Shown one piece after another: positions 13,349 to 24,586 of a stretch of 64,000 bases of DNA. Location: NCBI GenBank assembly GCA_036785375.1, contig JAWMAR010000210.1, positions 3,224,001 through 3,288,000 on the forward strand. Reading direction: 5' to 3'. A program made the position numbers and the translations under genes. Position 1 is the stretch's first letter, and every line of letters begins with the position of its first letter. The stretch comes from Leucoraja ocellata (taxonomy: Eukaryota). The notes under the pieces were generated by a model, which saw nothing but the letters and a program-made list of their open reading frames with translations, searched no databases and had not been told where the DNA came from.

Positions 13349-15240
13349 AGGTACACAAAAATGCTGGAGAAACTCAGCGGGTGCAACAGCATCTGTGGAG
13401 CGAAGGAAATAGGCGGCGTTTCGGGCCAAAACCCTTCTTCAGACAAATGGGGTGGTGGGGGGGAGAAGGAAGGAAAAAGGGAGGAGGAGGAGCCCCAGGG
13501 CGGGGGGATGGGAGGAGACAGCTCGAGGGTTAAGGAAGGGGAGGAGACAGCAAGGGCTAGCAAAACTGGGAGAATTCAACGTTCATGCCAACCGGAAGCA
13601 AGCAACCCAGGCAGAATATGAGGTGCTGTTCCTCCAATTTCCGGTGTTGCTCACTCTGGCAATGGAGGAGACCCAGGACAGAGAGGTCGGATTGGGAATG
13701 GGAGGGGGAGTTGAAGTGCTGAGCCACCGGGAGGTCAGGTTGGTTATTGCGGACTGAGCGGAGGTGTTCGGTGAAACAATCGCCCAACCTCCGCTTAATC
13801 TCCCCAACGTAAATCAGCTGACATCTAGAGCAGCGGATGCAGTAGATGAGGTTGGAGGAGATACAGGTGAACCTTTGTCGCACCTGGAACGACTGCTTGG
13901 GTCCTTGAATGGAGTCGAGGGGGGAGGTGAAGGGACTGGTGTTGCATTTCTTGCAGTTCCAACGGAAAGTGCCCGGGGAGGGGGTGGTACGGGAGGGAAG
14001 GGAAGAATTGACAAGGGAGTTGCGGAGGGAGCGGTCTTTGCGGAAGGCAGACATGGGGGGAGATGGGAAGATATGGCGAGTGGTGGGGTCACGTTGGATG
14101 TGGCGGAAATGGCGGAGGATTATTTGTTGTATTTGCCGGCTGGTGGAGTGAAAGGTGAGGACTAGGGGGACACTGCCCTTGTTGCGAGTGCGGGGATGGG
14201 GAGAGAGAGCAGTGTTGCGGGGTATGGATGAGACCCTGGTGTGAGCCTCATCTATGGTGGTGGAGGGGAATCCCCGTTCCCTGAAGAACGAGGTCATTTC
14301 CGATGCCCTGGTATGGAACGCCTCATCCTGGAAGCAGATGCGGCGTAGGCGGAGGAATTTGGAGTAGGGGATGGAGTCTTTATAGGGGGCAGGGTGGGAA
14401 GACGTGTAGTCCAGATAGCCATGTGAGTCAGTTGGTTTGTAGTGTATGTCGGTCAGAAGTCTGTCCCCTGCGATGGAGATGGTGAGGTCAAGGAATGGTA
14501 GGGAAGTGTCGGAAATGGTCCAGGTGTATTGGAGTGCCGGATGGAAGTTGGTGGTGAAGTGGATGAAGTCAGTCAGTTGTGTGTGGGTGCAGGAGGTGGC
14601 CCCAAAGCAGTCGTCAATGTAACGGAGGTAGAGGTCGGGGATGGGGCCCTGGTACGTATTGAACAAGGATTGTTCAATGTACCCGACAAAGAGGCAGGCG
14701 TAGCTGGGGCCCATGAGTGTGCCCATAGCTACGCCTTGTGTTTGGAGGAAATGGGAGGAGTTAAACGTAAAGTTGTTGAGGGTGAGGACCAACTCCGCTA
14801 GGCGGAGGAGGGTGTCAGTGGCTGGGTATAGGTTGCTCCTCTGGTCGAGGAAGAACCGGAGGGCTTTGAGGCCATCCTGGTGGGGGATGGAGGTGTAGAG
14901 TGACTGGACATCCATGGTGAAGATGAGGGGGTGAGGGCCTAGAGAGTGGAATGCGCGGAGGCGGCGGAGAGTGTCTGAGGTGTCTAGAACATAGGTGGGA
15001 AGGGATTTGACCAAAAGGGGGATAGTATGAAGTCAAGGTATGTGGAGATGAGTTCGGTGGGGCACGAACAAGCAGAGACAATGGGTCTGCCGGGAGAGCC
15101 GGGTTTGTGGATTTTGGGGAGAAGGTAAAAACGGGCCGTGCGGGGCTGGGGAACGATGAGGTTGGAAGCTTGGTCGGGCAGGGCGCGGGAATTGATGAAG
15201 TCAGTGATGGTGCTAGATATGGTGGCCTGGTGCTCGTCAG
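13349..15240 (-). mobile_element. Penelope-like retroelement (RT + Cys linker + GIY-YIG endonuclease, probably Neptune type), 5'-truncated, with 3' terminal repeat
   Basis: ORF 13557-15014 has FTMDVQSLYT, QTQGVAMGTLMGPSYA, YLRYIDD, a CKKC linker and NLIYCIRCSRCQLIYVGE...EH (GIY-YIG). The upstream frame 15015-15238 reads FYLLPKIHKPGSPGRPIVS, separated by a frameshift at ~15015. The 3' end has a hammerhead-like motif at ~13416-13443. Confidence 0.93.
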
Positions 15241-16739
15241 TGCACCAGGCACTGCTACTTATAGAACTAAGTAGTTAGAGATACAGTGTGGAAACAGGCC
15301 TTGAGTCCATGCCAACCACATAGTGATGTGATATTATGGCAATTAAAGAAGAAACCTCCACTTTAAAGCTGAATAAATTCTTAGAACCAGTGCACATGTG
15401 AATATTGTGCATCAGGGTACTTGATAGTGGTTCATTATGTTCTTTATGGATCTTGCATATCTTGCAAGATTTTGCATCTTATGGATTTTGCATCTTATGG
15501 ATCTTGCATATTAATGCATTTCGTTGTCTCTGTACTGTACACTGACAATGACAATTAAATTGAATCTGAATCTGAATCTGAATCTGAATCTGATATCTTC
15601 AGAGGTCCAGAATGAGCCCCATTAGAAAGTGAATTTTGTTTTATGAAGTTGCATAGAAGCTATGTTCACCTCATTCGGTTGCACACTTAGCTTTTAATGA
15701 TGTCCAAGGTTCAAATTTCTCAGCAGGACCAAAGTACCTGTTAAATTTTCCAGCACTTTGCTTTTTGCTCAAGGTTCCAGTATCTGCGGTCTCTCGTGTC
15801 TAGATACTTTGGTTACCTGTTTCAGTGCAAGCCATAGTGAGTGTTGCATCTTTAGTGGTGAGATGTGGCATTAAATCAAGGTTGTCACGAGCAGTTCAGG
15901 ACGCACGAGGTCAAGGCACTACTGGGAAAAAAAGCGCAAAAATATAGGGTGATTCATCTAATTGGCTTTGCGCGTTGTTTAAATACACCGTTGTCCAAGT
16001 AGTGTCTCAAAGGTAATTGTTCAATGAGAAAGATACTAGTTATTACTGAATGATTAAAAAAACGGAGCATTTAAAGATGAATTTTTAAATAAATAGCGCG
16101 AATTACTAATTGCAGGGCCGTATAGAAGGGCGCGTTTTAAAGGACAAGTCAGTTGATGTGGCATATAAGGACTTTCACAAAGCGGCAAGTGAGATATACT
16201 GGCAGGTAATAGAGAATTATGCAGCTGCCTCAATAAAATAAATATTTAAAAATGTGTCAAGGATAGGCATTTAAATGGAAAATTAAATTCTAAAACGCAG
16301 CATGTCATTTAATTCCTGAAAACTTGTATAAATTGTTAACAGAGGCTAAATTTGCTAAAGTTTTACTTGATTTATGTTTCTACAGAAAGCAAAGGATTTC
16401 AAAACTTTTCATCAAGGAACAAGGTTAGTTGAGCAGAAACATAGATTATGCGTGACAATGGATGGTAACTCAAAAAGTGTTCTTTGGCCCACGGTTTCTG
16501 TTTTTAGCTGATTCCAGTATGAATTATTCGCGGATATACAAAAAGACGTATTTATGAATGTTCTGTCCCCGGTACCCCGTTCCTCATTTTAAAAGGTAAT
16601 TATTTCATGTAATCCAAGTTCATCGCCCTCAGAGCTTATTGTATTGTATCCACTCGGATGTTCCTTTAATTCCCCGTACCTTTGCATTTGATAATGTAGC
16701 CGGCTATTTTATTGCGAACTTTACAATTGCCCAAAGAAT

Positions 16740-17122
16740 TGTGAATTCGTCCTCCCTATATCTAATCCGTTGTTCTCGGAATACATTGTCCTTAGAATCT
16801 GGTTCTATTCCCCCAGAATTTACTGCCCACTGGTATCTGATCCCATGTACTTAGAATTGACTGTCCGCTGGCATCCAGCTTCAATTCCTGAGAATTTACT
16901 GTTCACTGTTATCTGATCCCATGCCCCCAAGAACTTGTTTTCCTTTGGCCGTAATACCACGTATTCGGGATTTACAATCCCCTGTTATCCCGTTCCATGT
17001 CCTCTGAATTTACTGATGGCTGGTTGGTATCTGATCCGATGGCCTCGAAATTTACAGTTCCTAGTGTCCAGAGTGCATTCTAAGAATTTACTGTCCCCTT
17101 GCTTCTAATCCTTTGTTCTTGG
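16740..17122 (+). repeat. Degenerate ~38-bp minisatellite
   Basis: Units starting GAATTTACTG-like at 16779, 16816, 16854, 16892, 16931, 16968, 17006, 17047 and 17084; approximate consensus GAATTTACTGTCCCCTGGTATCTGATCCCATGTCCCCA. Confidence 0.75.
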
Positions 17123-18445
17123 AGACCTTCATGATCTTACAACCTTTGCATGGAACAATTAAGTTTTTGCCCCTTTTTCAGTTTTACATATTCAGCATTT
17201 TTTTTGTGACCAGGACCCCACCGGGTGGCTACACCGACGGCAGTTTCCTAGTCATCTAATACAATTTCGCCCAGCGTTCAGCGGTTAATAAGTACTTATT
17301 TCATCCACTTTCCTGGGCGGCTGGGGTTTAAAAGGCAGTGAGGTTTCGTGCGTTCTTTGCTATCTACCCCCCTCAGCGGGGGGGACTGTAACTGTACCAG
17401 CGCTGAAGATAGACACGAAAAGCTGTGTTTTAAACCAGCATCTGCGCTTCCTTCCTACACATTTCGCCTGAACCAGTGCTGACATGAGTAACATCATTTT
17501 AACTCGCTCCCTCGGTGGGAGCGAGATCCGATGAATGTTTTTTTTTAAATCATTAATTGGTCTCCTCGCTATTGCAATGGAGAGAAATGGTGTAACTTCT
17601 GCTAATGAGAATGGCAAGGAGACGGTGTTTGAGTTTGGGCAGGGAGACTACATTGAGTCCGATGGAATCAGTGCCAATTCGGTGCAATGCAATGGGTGTA
17701 GTTTCTCAGACCCTGGGCCGGCGGAGAGGGGAAGCTCGGGGCTTCTGGCACTCCTTTCGGCAGCGGGTTCAAATGAAGCTGGAGCCGCGGAGATCCGATC
17801 CCTTTCCTCTCAGCACCACGGCCCTCTCTACCCTCCCCTCCCCTCCCCCCCGCTCTCACCCCATCACTGTCCCGCATCCTGAAAATCCTGGGATCGGCGC
17901 TTGATGTTGGACGCCCCCCTCCCGTCTCTCCCCTCTCAGCGCCTGGTGCGATACCGAAGCTGGATTTTCCCCCTAGCTCCACGCAGACCCAGGGATGCAA
18001 ACTGATGCTGAAACCTTGTGCCCTGTCCGGGCTGCATAACCCCGAGCCGAGCCCGGATCCCAGCCGGCGATCGGATCTTCCGACCGGTCCCCCAAGCTTG
18101 GAGCCGAGTTGAGCCTGGGTTGTGCACATAATGAACTCGCCCTGTCCCGAGTCGAGCCGAGCCTGGATCGTTGCTGCTAATGTATTGGGGGGGGGGGGGG
18201 GGGTCTTCATGTCCCGTTCCCGACGCCTAAACCCACTTGAACACCAGTGTCCATGCACCCCGCCGACTCCGAGCCAGCAAAATGATGGATGCTGCTGCTG
18301 GGACACGCTGTCCCTGTGCTGGTCCACTCCCGGGGCCCGAGCTAAGCTAAGCAGCAGCTCACCCCGGCTCGGTGCTGATGCTGGAGCCTGTGCTGCTCTT
18401 GGTGGCTGGCTGTGCGCTGCCAGTCGCTGGTACTGGTGCCATGGA

Positions 18446-18550
18446 GGGGGGGGGGGGGGGGGGGGGGGGAGTCGGGGGCGGGTCGCTTCGCACCCCCACC
18501 CCCTCCCCCTCCCCCACGTGATGCTACACGACCCCTCCCGCCGCTCCAAT
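18446..18550 (+). promoter_or_regulatory. Candidate proximal promoter motif cluster
   Basis: Poly-G run 18446-18469, GC box GGGGCGGG at ~18475, E-box CACGTG at 18515-18520, CCAAT at 18546-18550. No TSS data. Confidence 0.45.
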
Positions 18551-18659
18551 CGCAGCCGAGGGATGTGTCAGAAAAAGCCGGGGCGCGCCGGGCGCCCCAT
18601 CAATAACAAGTTTCCCCGGGAGCGGGCGAACGGGGTCGGTCGGTCCTGCAGACCCACAT

Positions 18660-18960
18660 TGCAACCGGTGCACGGAGCCCGGAGCCCGCTCAGTCCGGAC
18701 CAGCGCATACTCGCCCTGCAGCCCAGCGCCTGCAGCCCGGAGAGCAGCGAGCCAGCCCGGTGCACGGAGCACGGAGCACGGAGCTCGCTCAGCCCGGACC
18801 AGCGCGACTCATCCTGCTGCAGCCCGGTGCACGGAGCACGGAGCCCGGACCAGTGGCCCAGTGCAGCCCGGTGCACGGAGCCCGGAGCAGACCTGCCCAT
18901 TGCAGCCGGAGCCCGGACAGCGCCAGCCTGCCCCAGTGCAGCCGGTGCCCAGAGCAGAGC
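18660..18960 (+). repeat. GC-rich imperfect repeat array built from GC(A/C)CGG(A/T) heptamers
   Basis: CCGGTGCACGGAGC(A/C)CGGAGC recurs at ~18665, 18757, 18824 and 18868, with related (T)CAG(C/T)CCGGACCAG spacers. Confidence 0.8.
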
Positions 18961-19376
18961 GAAGCGAAGCTGTCTGTCTGCGCGATCCCAAGCTTGTAGA
19001 GGAGCGGGGGAGAGAGAAGGAGGGCACACAAGCGAGCGAGCAAGCGAGGCAGCCCCATTGGCAGTGCGGCGCAGGAGAGAGCTGCAGGCAACGAGCTGCC
19101 CAGCCCCGGTCAGCGAGAGCTGTCTTGCCCAGCCCCACTGTCAGTGTGTGTGTGTGAGAGAGATAGAGACGGAGCTGCAAGAGCGTATGATCCAGCCAGC
19201 CCGGGAGAGATAGAGAGAGCTGGTACTTCTGCTGCTGCTGCTGCTGGGCTCTGGAGCTCACGGTGGACACATGTGGTGGCGTTGCTGCGCGCAGGATGCG
19301 TGATGTGCCCTGTGTAAGATGGTGGGGTCGGAGAACCTGCGATTGAGCCGAGGTCCGCGATCCGCCGCCTATCGTC

Positions 19377-19530
19377 ATGGTGGAGTCCCACCCGCCAGGC
19401 TGGACACTTGCTATTCCTCCGCACTTTCTGCTGGCGATGCTGACTCTATGCACAACACTACCTGTTAATTCATCAGCCTACCCTACCTCCCTGAGTGACT
19501 GCCAGACTCCCACCGGCTGGAACTGTTCGG
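19377..19530 (+). CDS. TMEFF2: TMEFF2 coding exon 1 (signal peptide + N-terminus)
   Basis: ATG in good Kozak context (gtcATGG). Encodes MVESHPPGWTL...LPVNSSAYPTSLSDCQTPTGWNCS-G; PTSLSDCQTPTGWNCSG matches vertebrate TMEFF2 as I recall it. Donor G|GTAAGG at 19531, phase 1. Confidence 0.95.
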
Positions 19531-20794
19531 GTAAGGCAAGAGTCCCAACTGCGCGAGAGAGAGGGGTGTGTGATGAGGACTGGGAGCGCTTGCATTGCAT
19601 ACGGACAGGGTCTTCTATTTAACTCGCAGTTGTAATTGAATATTGACACTCGTGCTAAAAGTTGGCGGTGATGGGTCCAGGTGTAGCGTTGCAAAGATGT
19701 TACAGATGACACTTTATAAAAACATCAGAGGACGGGTTTCTGCCCGAATTCAGAAAAGTACATCGTGTTCCACCATCTAGGCTGCTTGAGCTGTTTACAA
19801 TATTTTTGTGTGTGTTTGCATTCAACATTTTTTTTTGAGTTTGCATTTGCGCTCAGACTCAATTTGATTTATTCTGGGCATGAGATGGGGCGGCGGTAGG
19901 AAATGTCTGCCGCAGCCCCGTGCATGCTCTTCTCCCCTTTACTGACCGAGATCCCGGAGTTGGAGAGGGTGCAAATATATTTTTTAAAGCACGCCTCGGC
20001 ATTGCCATCGAAAGTATCCGATCTCCCGCGGGCTGGTGTTGTTGCAATATCTTCAGCGAGCGTGCACTGGAAGAGACGGAGACTTGGGCAGAGGGCGGGG
20101 TAGCGTAGTTGCAACACCAAGACCAATGCACCCCTTTGCCCAGCACCCAACCCTCTTCCCTTTCCCATCATTTGCTTTTCCATGGTGCAATCCCAGGGAA
20201 AACTGCAGCCAGAAAGAAAAGGCAAAACAAAGCCCGGGGCTGCCTGCTATTTCAGTCTGCGGGTTTAGACTTGCGATTTACGAAAGATTCAGGACATCAA
20301 TCTTTGCAAAAAGAAGACAATCTGGCACCTAAAATGCAGCTCCTTTTATATTTGTTTGTAACTTCATGTCATTGCTCAAGTTCCCGACCTGTGAATCTGT
20401 TTTCTATATTTTATTTACCTATAAATATGCATAAGCGCGTGTGCATCTCCGCGCATGCAGAGGACGTGTACTCTACATATAAATCCCTGTACATCTAATT
20501 GTTAGCCGGACTAGGGGGTGGGGTGGTGCAGAGCAGATGTGCAGCAGGGGGGAGATGCAATGCAATAAGAGAGACTGGGCTTCCCACTGAAACGGGTGTG
20601 TGCTTTATTTTGCAAAAGACCGATTTCTCCTTGCAACACTTGTCCTCAGGGGCAGGGAGCTAACTGCACTAGATGGCTGCGATCGAGCGGGGTTCCCGGA
20701 CGCCACTCGTCCCCGGCCTCTTGCCTCGTCTGAGGTTTCCCTCCCTCCAGTCCTCCTCTCTCACTTGCCATCCCCTCTCTTCTGCTTTGTCAAG

Positions 20795-20904
20795 GTTTCG
20801 ACGACAGGGAGCACGACCTGTTCCTCTGCGACGTGAATACCTGTCAGTTCGGCGGGGAGTGCTTGCGGATCGGGGAGACCATCACCTGTGACTGCCAGCT
20901 GAAG
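20795..20904 (+). CDS. TMEFF2: TMEFF2 coding exon 2 (start of follistatin domain 1)
   Basis: Pyrimidine tract + AAG acceptor. Encodes (G)FDDREHDLFLCDVNTCQFGGECLRIGETITCDCQLK. Donor AAG|GTAAGA. 110 nt, phases consistent with exons 1 and 3. Confidence 0.96.
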
Positions 20905-21071
20905 GTAAGAAGGGGCTGCTCTTCCTTTGGTCTGGGTGCATCCCGGTCCGGGCCAGGCTGCTGGCTGCTGGCTGCCTGTGGTCGGGATACACGTAGCCTG
21001 TGGGGTGGATCTTGCAGAAAAGTCCCGGCGTGTCCGCCCCGGATCTTAACGGCGATTCCGTTTCTTTTTAG

Positions 21072-21201
21072 TGCAGCACCGACTATATGCCAGTGTGCGG
21101 ATCAAATGGCAACACCTACCAGAACGAGTGCTACCTGCGACAGGCTGCCTGTAAGCAGCAGAGCGAAATCAAGGCGATGGGAGAAGGATCTTGTTCCAAC
21201 G
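21072..21201 (+). CDS. TMEFF2: TMEFF2 coding exon 3 (Kazal part of follistatin domain 1)
   Basis: Acceptor tttctttttag. Encodes CSTDYMPVCGSNGNTYQNECYLRQAACKQQSEIKAMGEGSCSN, with the Kazal motif PVCGSNGxTYxNEC. Donor G|GTATGA. 130 nt. Confidence 0.96.
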
Positions 21202-21714
21202 GTATGAACGCCGCGATATGTTCTGCAACTGAGTGCTGCGTGTGAGTGAATGAATGAGAGACAGACACACACACAGCGAGCGAGCGAGAGAGAAAGCGCC
21301 TTCAACCTCTTGTCTGTCACATCATTAAAATAAAGCTGAGAATTACCAATTGGGAGTCTGTGTGCAAGGGTTTCTAACCTAATCAGCCGTAGACAACGGG
21401 GACTGCTCGTTATCGCGTATCAAACCTTTTATTGAAGCACATTGAACGGAAATGGGAACCAGGAGCACCCGGGACTGGACACTTAATCGCCATCCCAGCC
21501 ACAATGAAAATACGTTCGTGTTACTTACAAAGTGTCATGGGCCGACTTGCGCATTTGTCTATCAGCTTGGGTCTCCCTCAGGACTTAATACAGACGGCAT
21601 CAATAGATTTTAGCTGTAGACCACAACCTGTGTTGCGAAGATGACAAGTTAAAAAAATATATAAATCATTCTTTATGCTATTGTGCCTTCTAATGAGATC
21701 TTGTCTCTCTACAG

Positions 21715-21741
21715 ATATGGGATCAGGTTCTGGGGGTGGAG
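21715..21741 (+). CDS. TMEFF2: TMEFF2 coding exon 4, 27-nt microexon (Ser-Gly linker)
   Basis: Acceptor tctctctacag, donor G|GTAAGT. Encodes (D)MGSGSGGG, matching DAGSGSGDG of mammalian TMEFF2. Phase 1-1. Confidence 0.92.
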
Positions 21742-22525
21742 GTAAGTGCTTTTTGCAAATGTATTTATAATCTAATCATAGTACTGTGGTTATGGAAGCT
21801 GCCATGACATCTGCAAATGATGCATTCTACGATATAGGCATCTCAAGTTGTTTATCCTCCTACACAATCTTCTCTTTATTTTCCTGCAGATTCTATTTGT
21901 TCTTTGGCAGCTTCCTTTTGCTATTGGGCATAAACATTTTGTACTGCATGTTTGTACTCTGCAACAGTGGCGCTGTGTAAATGTGTGGAGAGGAATGAAC
22001 TCGAATGGCAGAGTTCTGCTTTCCTTAATGCTCGGGTGTCGAGCACCCAAAATTAAAGTGGAGGAAGGATGCGTGCACAATTAGGATAATTCCTAATGGC
22101 GTGCACAACACTTGGAAGTTAACCCTTGGCTTTCTAGTTGAGAGGAAGCCATTCTACCAGTCAGTTGCAGTCCAGTAAACGTATTTCATTAAGCAAGCGG
22201 GAAAAAAATAGCAAACATGGTGAATTGTAGGATTTCAGATTGAACTGGAGTTGTTTGGTCACTGGAACATATTTGCTCCATTTCCTATTACTTGGCAATA
22301 TTACCATGATGATACGAGAGTGCTGTCATGAAGCTAGACAGCAAGAAACAAGCCTTTGATCTATTGTTCCTCTGCTGCTTTTTAGCAATTCAGTTAATTC
22401 TACCTTCACGTTAGAATGATCATAGTACCCAATATTTTGACAACGGGGGATATTTAGTTCGAGCACTAACTTGCATTGGACACACATAATGTTTCATTTT
22501 TTTAAATGGAGCATAACACAGCTCC

Positions 22526-22676
22526 GTGTAAGAAAGAACTGCAGATGCTGGTTATACACTGAAGATAGACAAAATGCTGGGACAGGCAGCATCTCTGGAG
22601 AGAAGGAATGGGTGACGTTTCAGGTCGAGACCCTTCTTCGGACATCTGAAGAAGGGTTTTGATCTGAAACGTCACC
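22526..22676. mobile_element. Penelope-derived element with inverted ribozyme segment
   Basis: Family motifs; gacccttcttcggaca followed by tctgaagaagggttttgatctgaaacgtcacc. Confidence 0.78.
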
Positions 22677-23987
22677 ATACCACAACTATGCCGAGCTGCA
22701 CTCGCCAATAGACATTTAAAATCATATGACATTTTGCTGGCTTAAATATTGATGGGTCTCTTTGTTTTTCGTGCATGTGAACTTTGAGCATCTGATTGTG
22801 AGCAGATATACACGCATTTGAAGCTGATAGGACAAATGAGAAATGAATTTCTAAGCTCAATTATAGAGATACAGACTAGAAATCATCTACAAACAAATTC
22901 TGCTTAACGCATTCGTATTAAAGGTCAGTGAAGATTGACTAGCCTTTGTACAAGCATTTCAGTTACAGCACAAGCTTCATTATTTGCCTTCTGATGACAT
23001 ACATTGGTGGTGTTTTTTTCTTTCACAAAGAGCTAATAATGTTAACGTTTTCAAGTGATTTTTGATTATTTCTTCTCTGATATATTTGGGAAGGTAATCT
23101 AAAAGTTTGTATGTGATGCAATAGACATGTTGAAACTGTTCTACTTTGAAGGTAATAAAATAACTATGGTTAGAAATATAAAATAATAATGCCAATAATG
23201 GATTCAATAGAAACATCTTTGTACATAGAAGGGAAAATGTGAATCATGGTGTTGTATAGAACCTTTGTATGTATGTATGGGGAGTTAATTAGTAAAGTAT
23301 ATAATGGGGAAAGGATTCAATGGTTATATGAAAGATAGTGAGTTGGTTTTGTTTATCTAGAATATAGGCAGTGACAGACCAGTCAAATAGTCTGTTTCGG
23401 TGTGATATGTAAAAATGAATATTTAGTTTTCATTTTAAGTAAGTTTCCTACAACGTTATTTCATTTGTGGAACAGTAAAATTACAAAAAAAACTGCAGAA
23501 GCAATTGGGATAATCTTTTAACAGTCTTCAAGCAGCTGTTGAACCTCAGTTGTCATTAAGTGTTTAGAAAGGTTAATAACTCGGTTGTGAAATAGCTGCA
23601 TAAATTAGGTGATAAGGTCTTTTTCTGGATGCAAGCCTCGTGCTTTGCATAATAGAAAAACGAAAGGGTTTGGTTGGGACTAGATAGCCCCTTCAAACAT
23701 ATAAAAATGTAGTTATATTAAATTAATTCTAAGGCATACGATCAAGTTTATATCATGGCTTCTGTAGCTGATGGTCTGCTCTATTCTGCAGCATTTCCAC
23801 TTGCATCTTTTGAAATCTACCTCCAGTCTTGTGCAGGCTAGAAAACAGCCAAGAATCCACCATTTTTGTACATGTTCGTAAAAGTTCTACATTTTTACCA
23901 GCTTTAGTCTATGTTGCCTTGTTATTATCCCGAATACACAGGCACACTTCAACCTTCCTGTCCCATCAAAATGTTAATTGAGTATAA

Positions 23988-24400
23988 AGGGCCGGTCCCA
24001 CGAGCATGCGACTCCATGCGGCAAGCGCGACCTAAAGGGCCTGTCCCAGGAGCATGTGACTGCATGCGGCAAGCACGACCAAACTAGAAGCGGGGGCCGC
24101 GCGGAGGTCGAGTGAGTGACATGAAGTTCGAGCGACGTCTGCGGGAAGTTCGCGCGTGACGTACGGTGTCGAGGCGGTGCGTACGCGTCGAGGCGGCTGC
24201 GGGCCAGCAGGCCGTTGGCGCGCGGAATTTTTGTACACGGTCAGTTTTTTGGAGCCCCGCGCGATGTCGGGACCAGCTCCGCATAACTCCATATGGCTCC
24301 AGCGATCGAAGTGGGACCGGCCCCGAGAGGCCGTACGGCTCAAGCGATCACGTTAGGTTGCGCTTGCCGCATGGAGTCGCATGCTCGTGGGACAGGCCCT
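23988..24400. mobile_element. PIF/Harbinger-type MITE with a doubled left TIR
   Basis: Ends AGGGCC(G/T)GTCCCACGAGCATGCGAC...GTCGCATGCTCGTGGGACAGGCCCT, TAA on both flanks (23985-87, 24401-03). A second TIR starts at 24036. Confidence 0.85.
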
Positions 24401-24586
24401 TAAGGATAGTGAGAAAGGCAGAAATCTGTAAATATGGCCTTCAAGCTGTGTTGGTACCCAGAGTTTAGTGACTCTGCTGCCAGTGCCGAGTTTATAAAGC
24501 ATCCATAATGCTGATCAGCCACTTGCTTCACCCATCCTGTTTTGAACGGTGCTAAAATGCCTTTTGATCCATGCTACAAGAAGTAG

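Larger units (their letters stand above)
17700..21260 (+). promoter_or_regulatory. CpG island covering the TMEFF2 promoter, 5' leader and exons 1-3
   Basis: Strong rise in GC and CpG against an AT-rich, CpG-depleted background; almost free of interspersed repeats. Boundaries approximate. Confidence 0.85.

Noticed and set aside
13452-14898. Several + strand ORFs overlapping the Penelope ORF
   Set aside because: Antisense shadows of a C-rich coding strand.
16740-17122. CRISPR-like repeat-spacer appearance
   Set aside because: Vertebrate DNA, no cas genes, repeats not identical and spacers mutually homologous; it is a minisatellite.
18122-19213. 363-aa + strand ORF (and antisense ORFs 17668-18549, 18809-19453)
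   Set aside because: Low-complexity Gly/Pro/Ala/Arg translation of the CpG island, homopolymer runs and the heptamer repeat; no domain, non-ATG start, and long frames on both strands as expected from GC-richness.
19531-19622. Read-through of ORF 19377-19622 past exon 1
   Set aside because: TMEFF2 similarity stops at the GTAAGG donor; the remainder is intron.
20833-21207. 124-aa ORF spanning exons 2-3
   Set aside because: Chance open frame through intron 2; the real exon 3 is in another frame.
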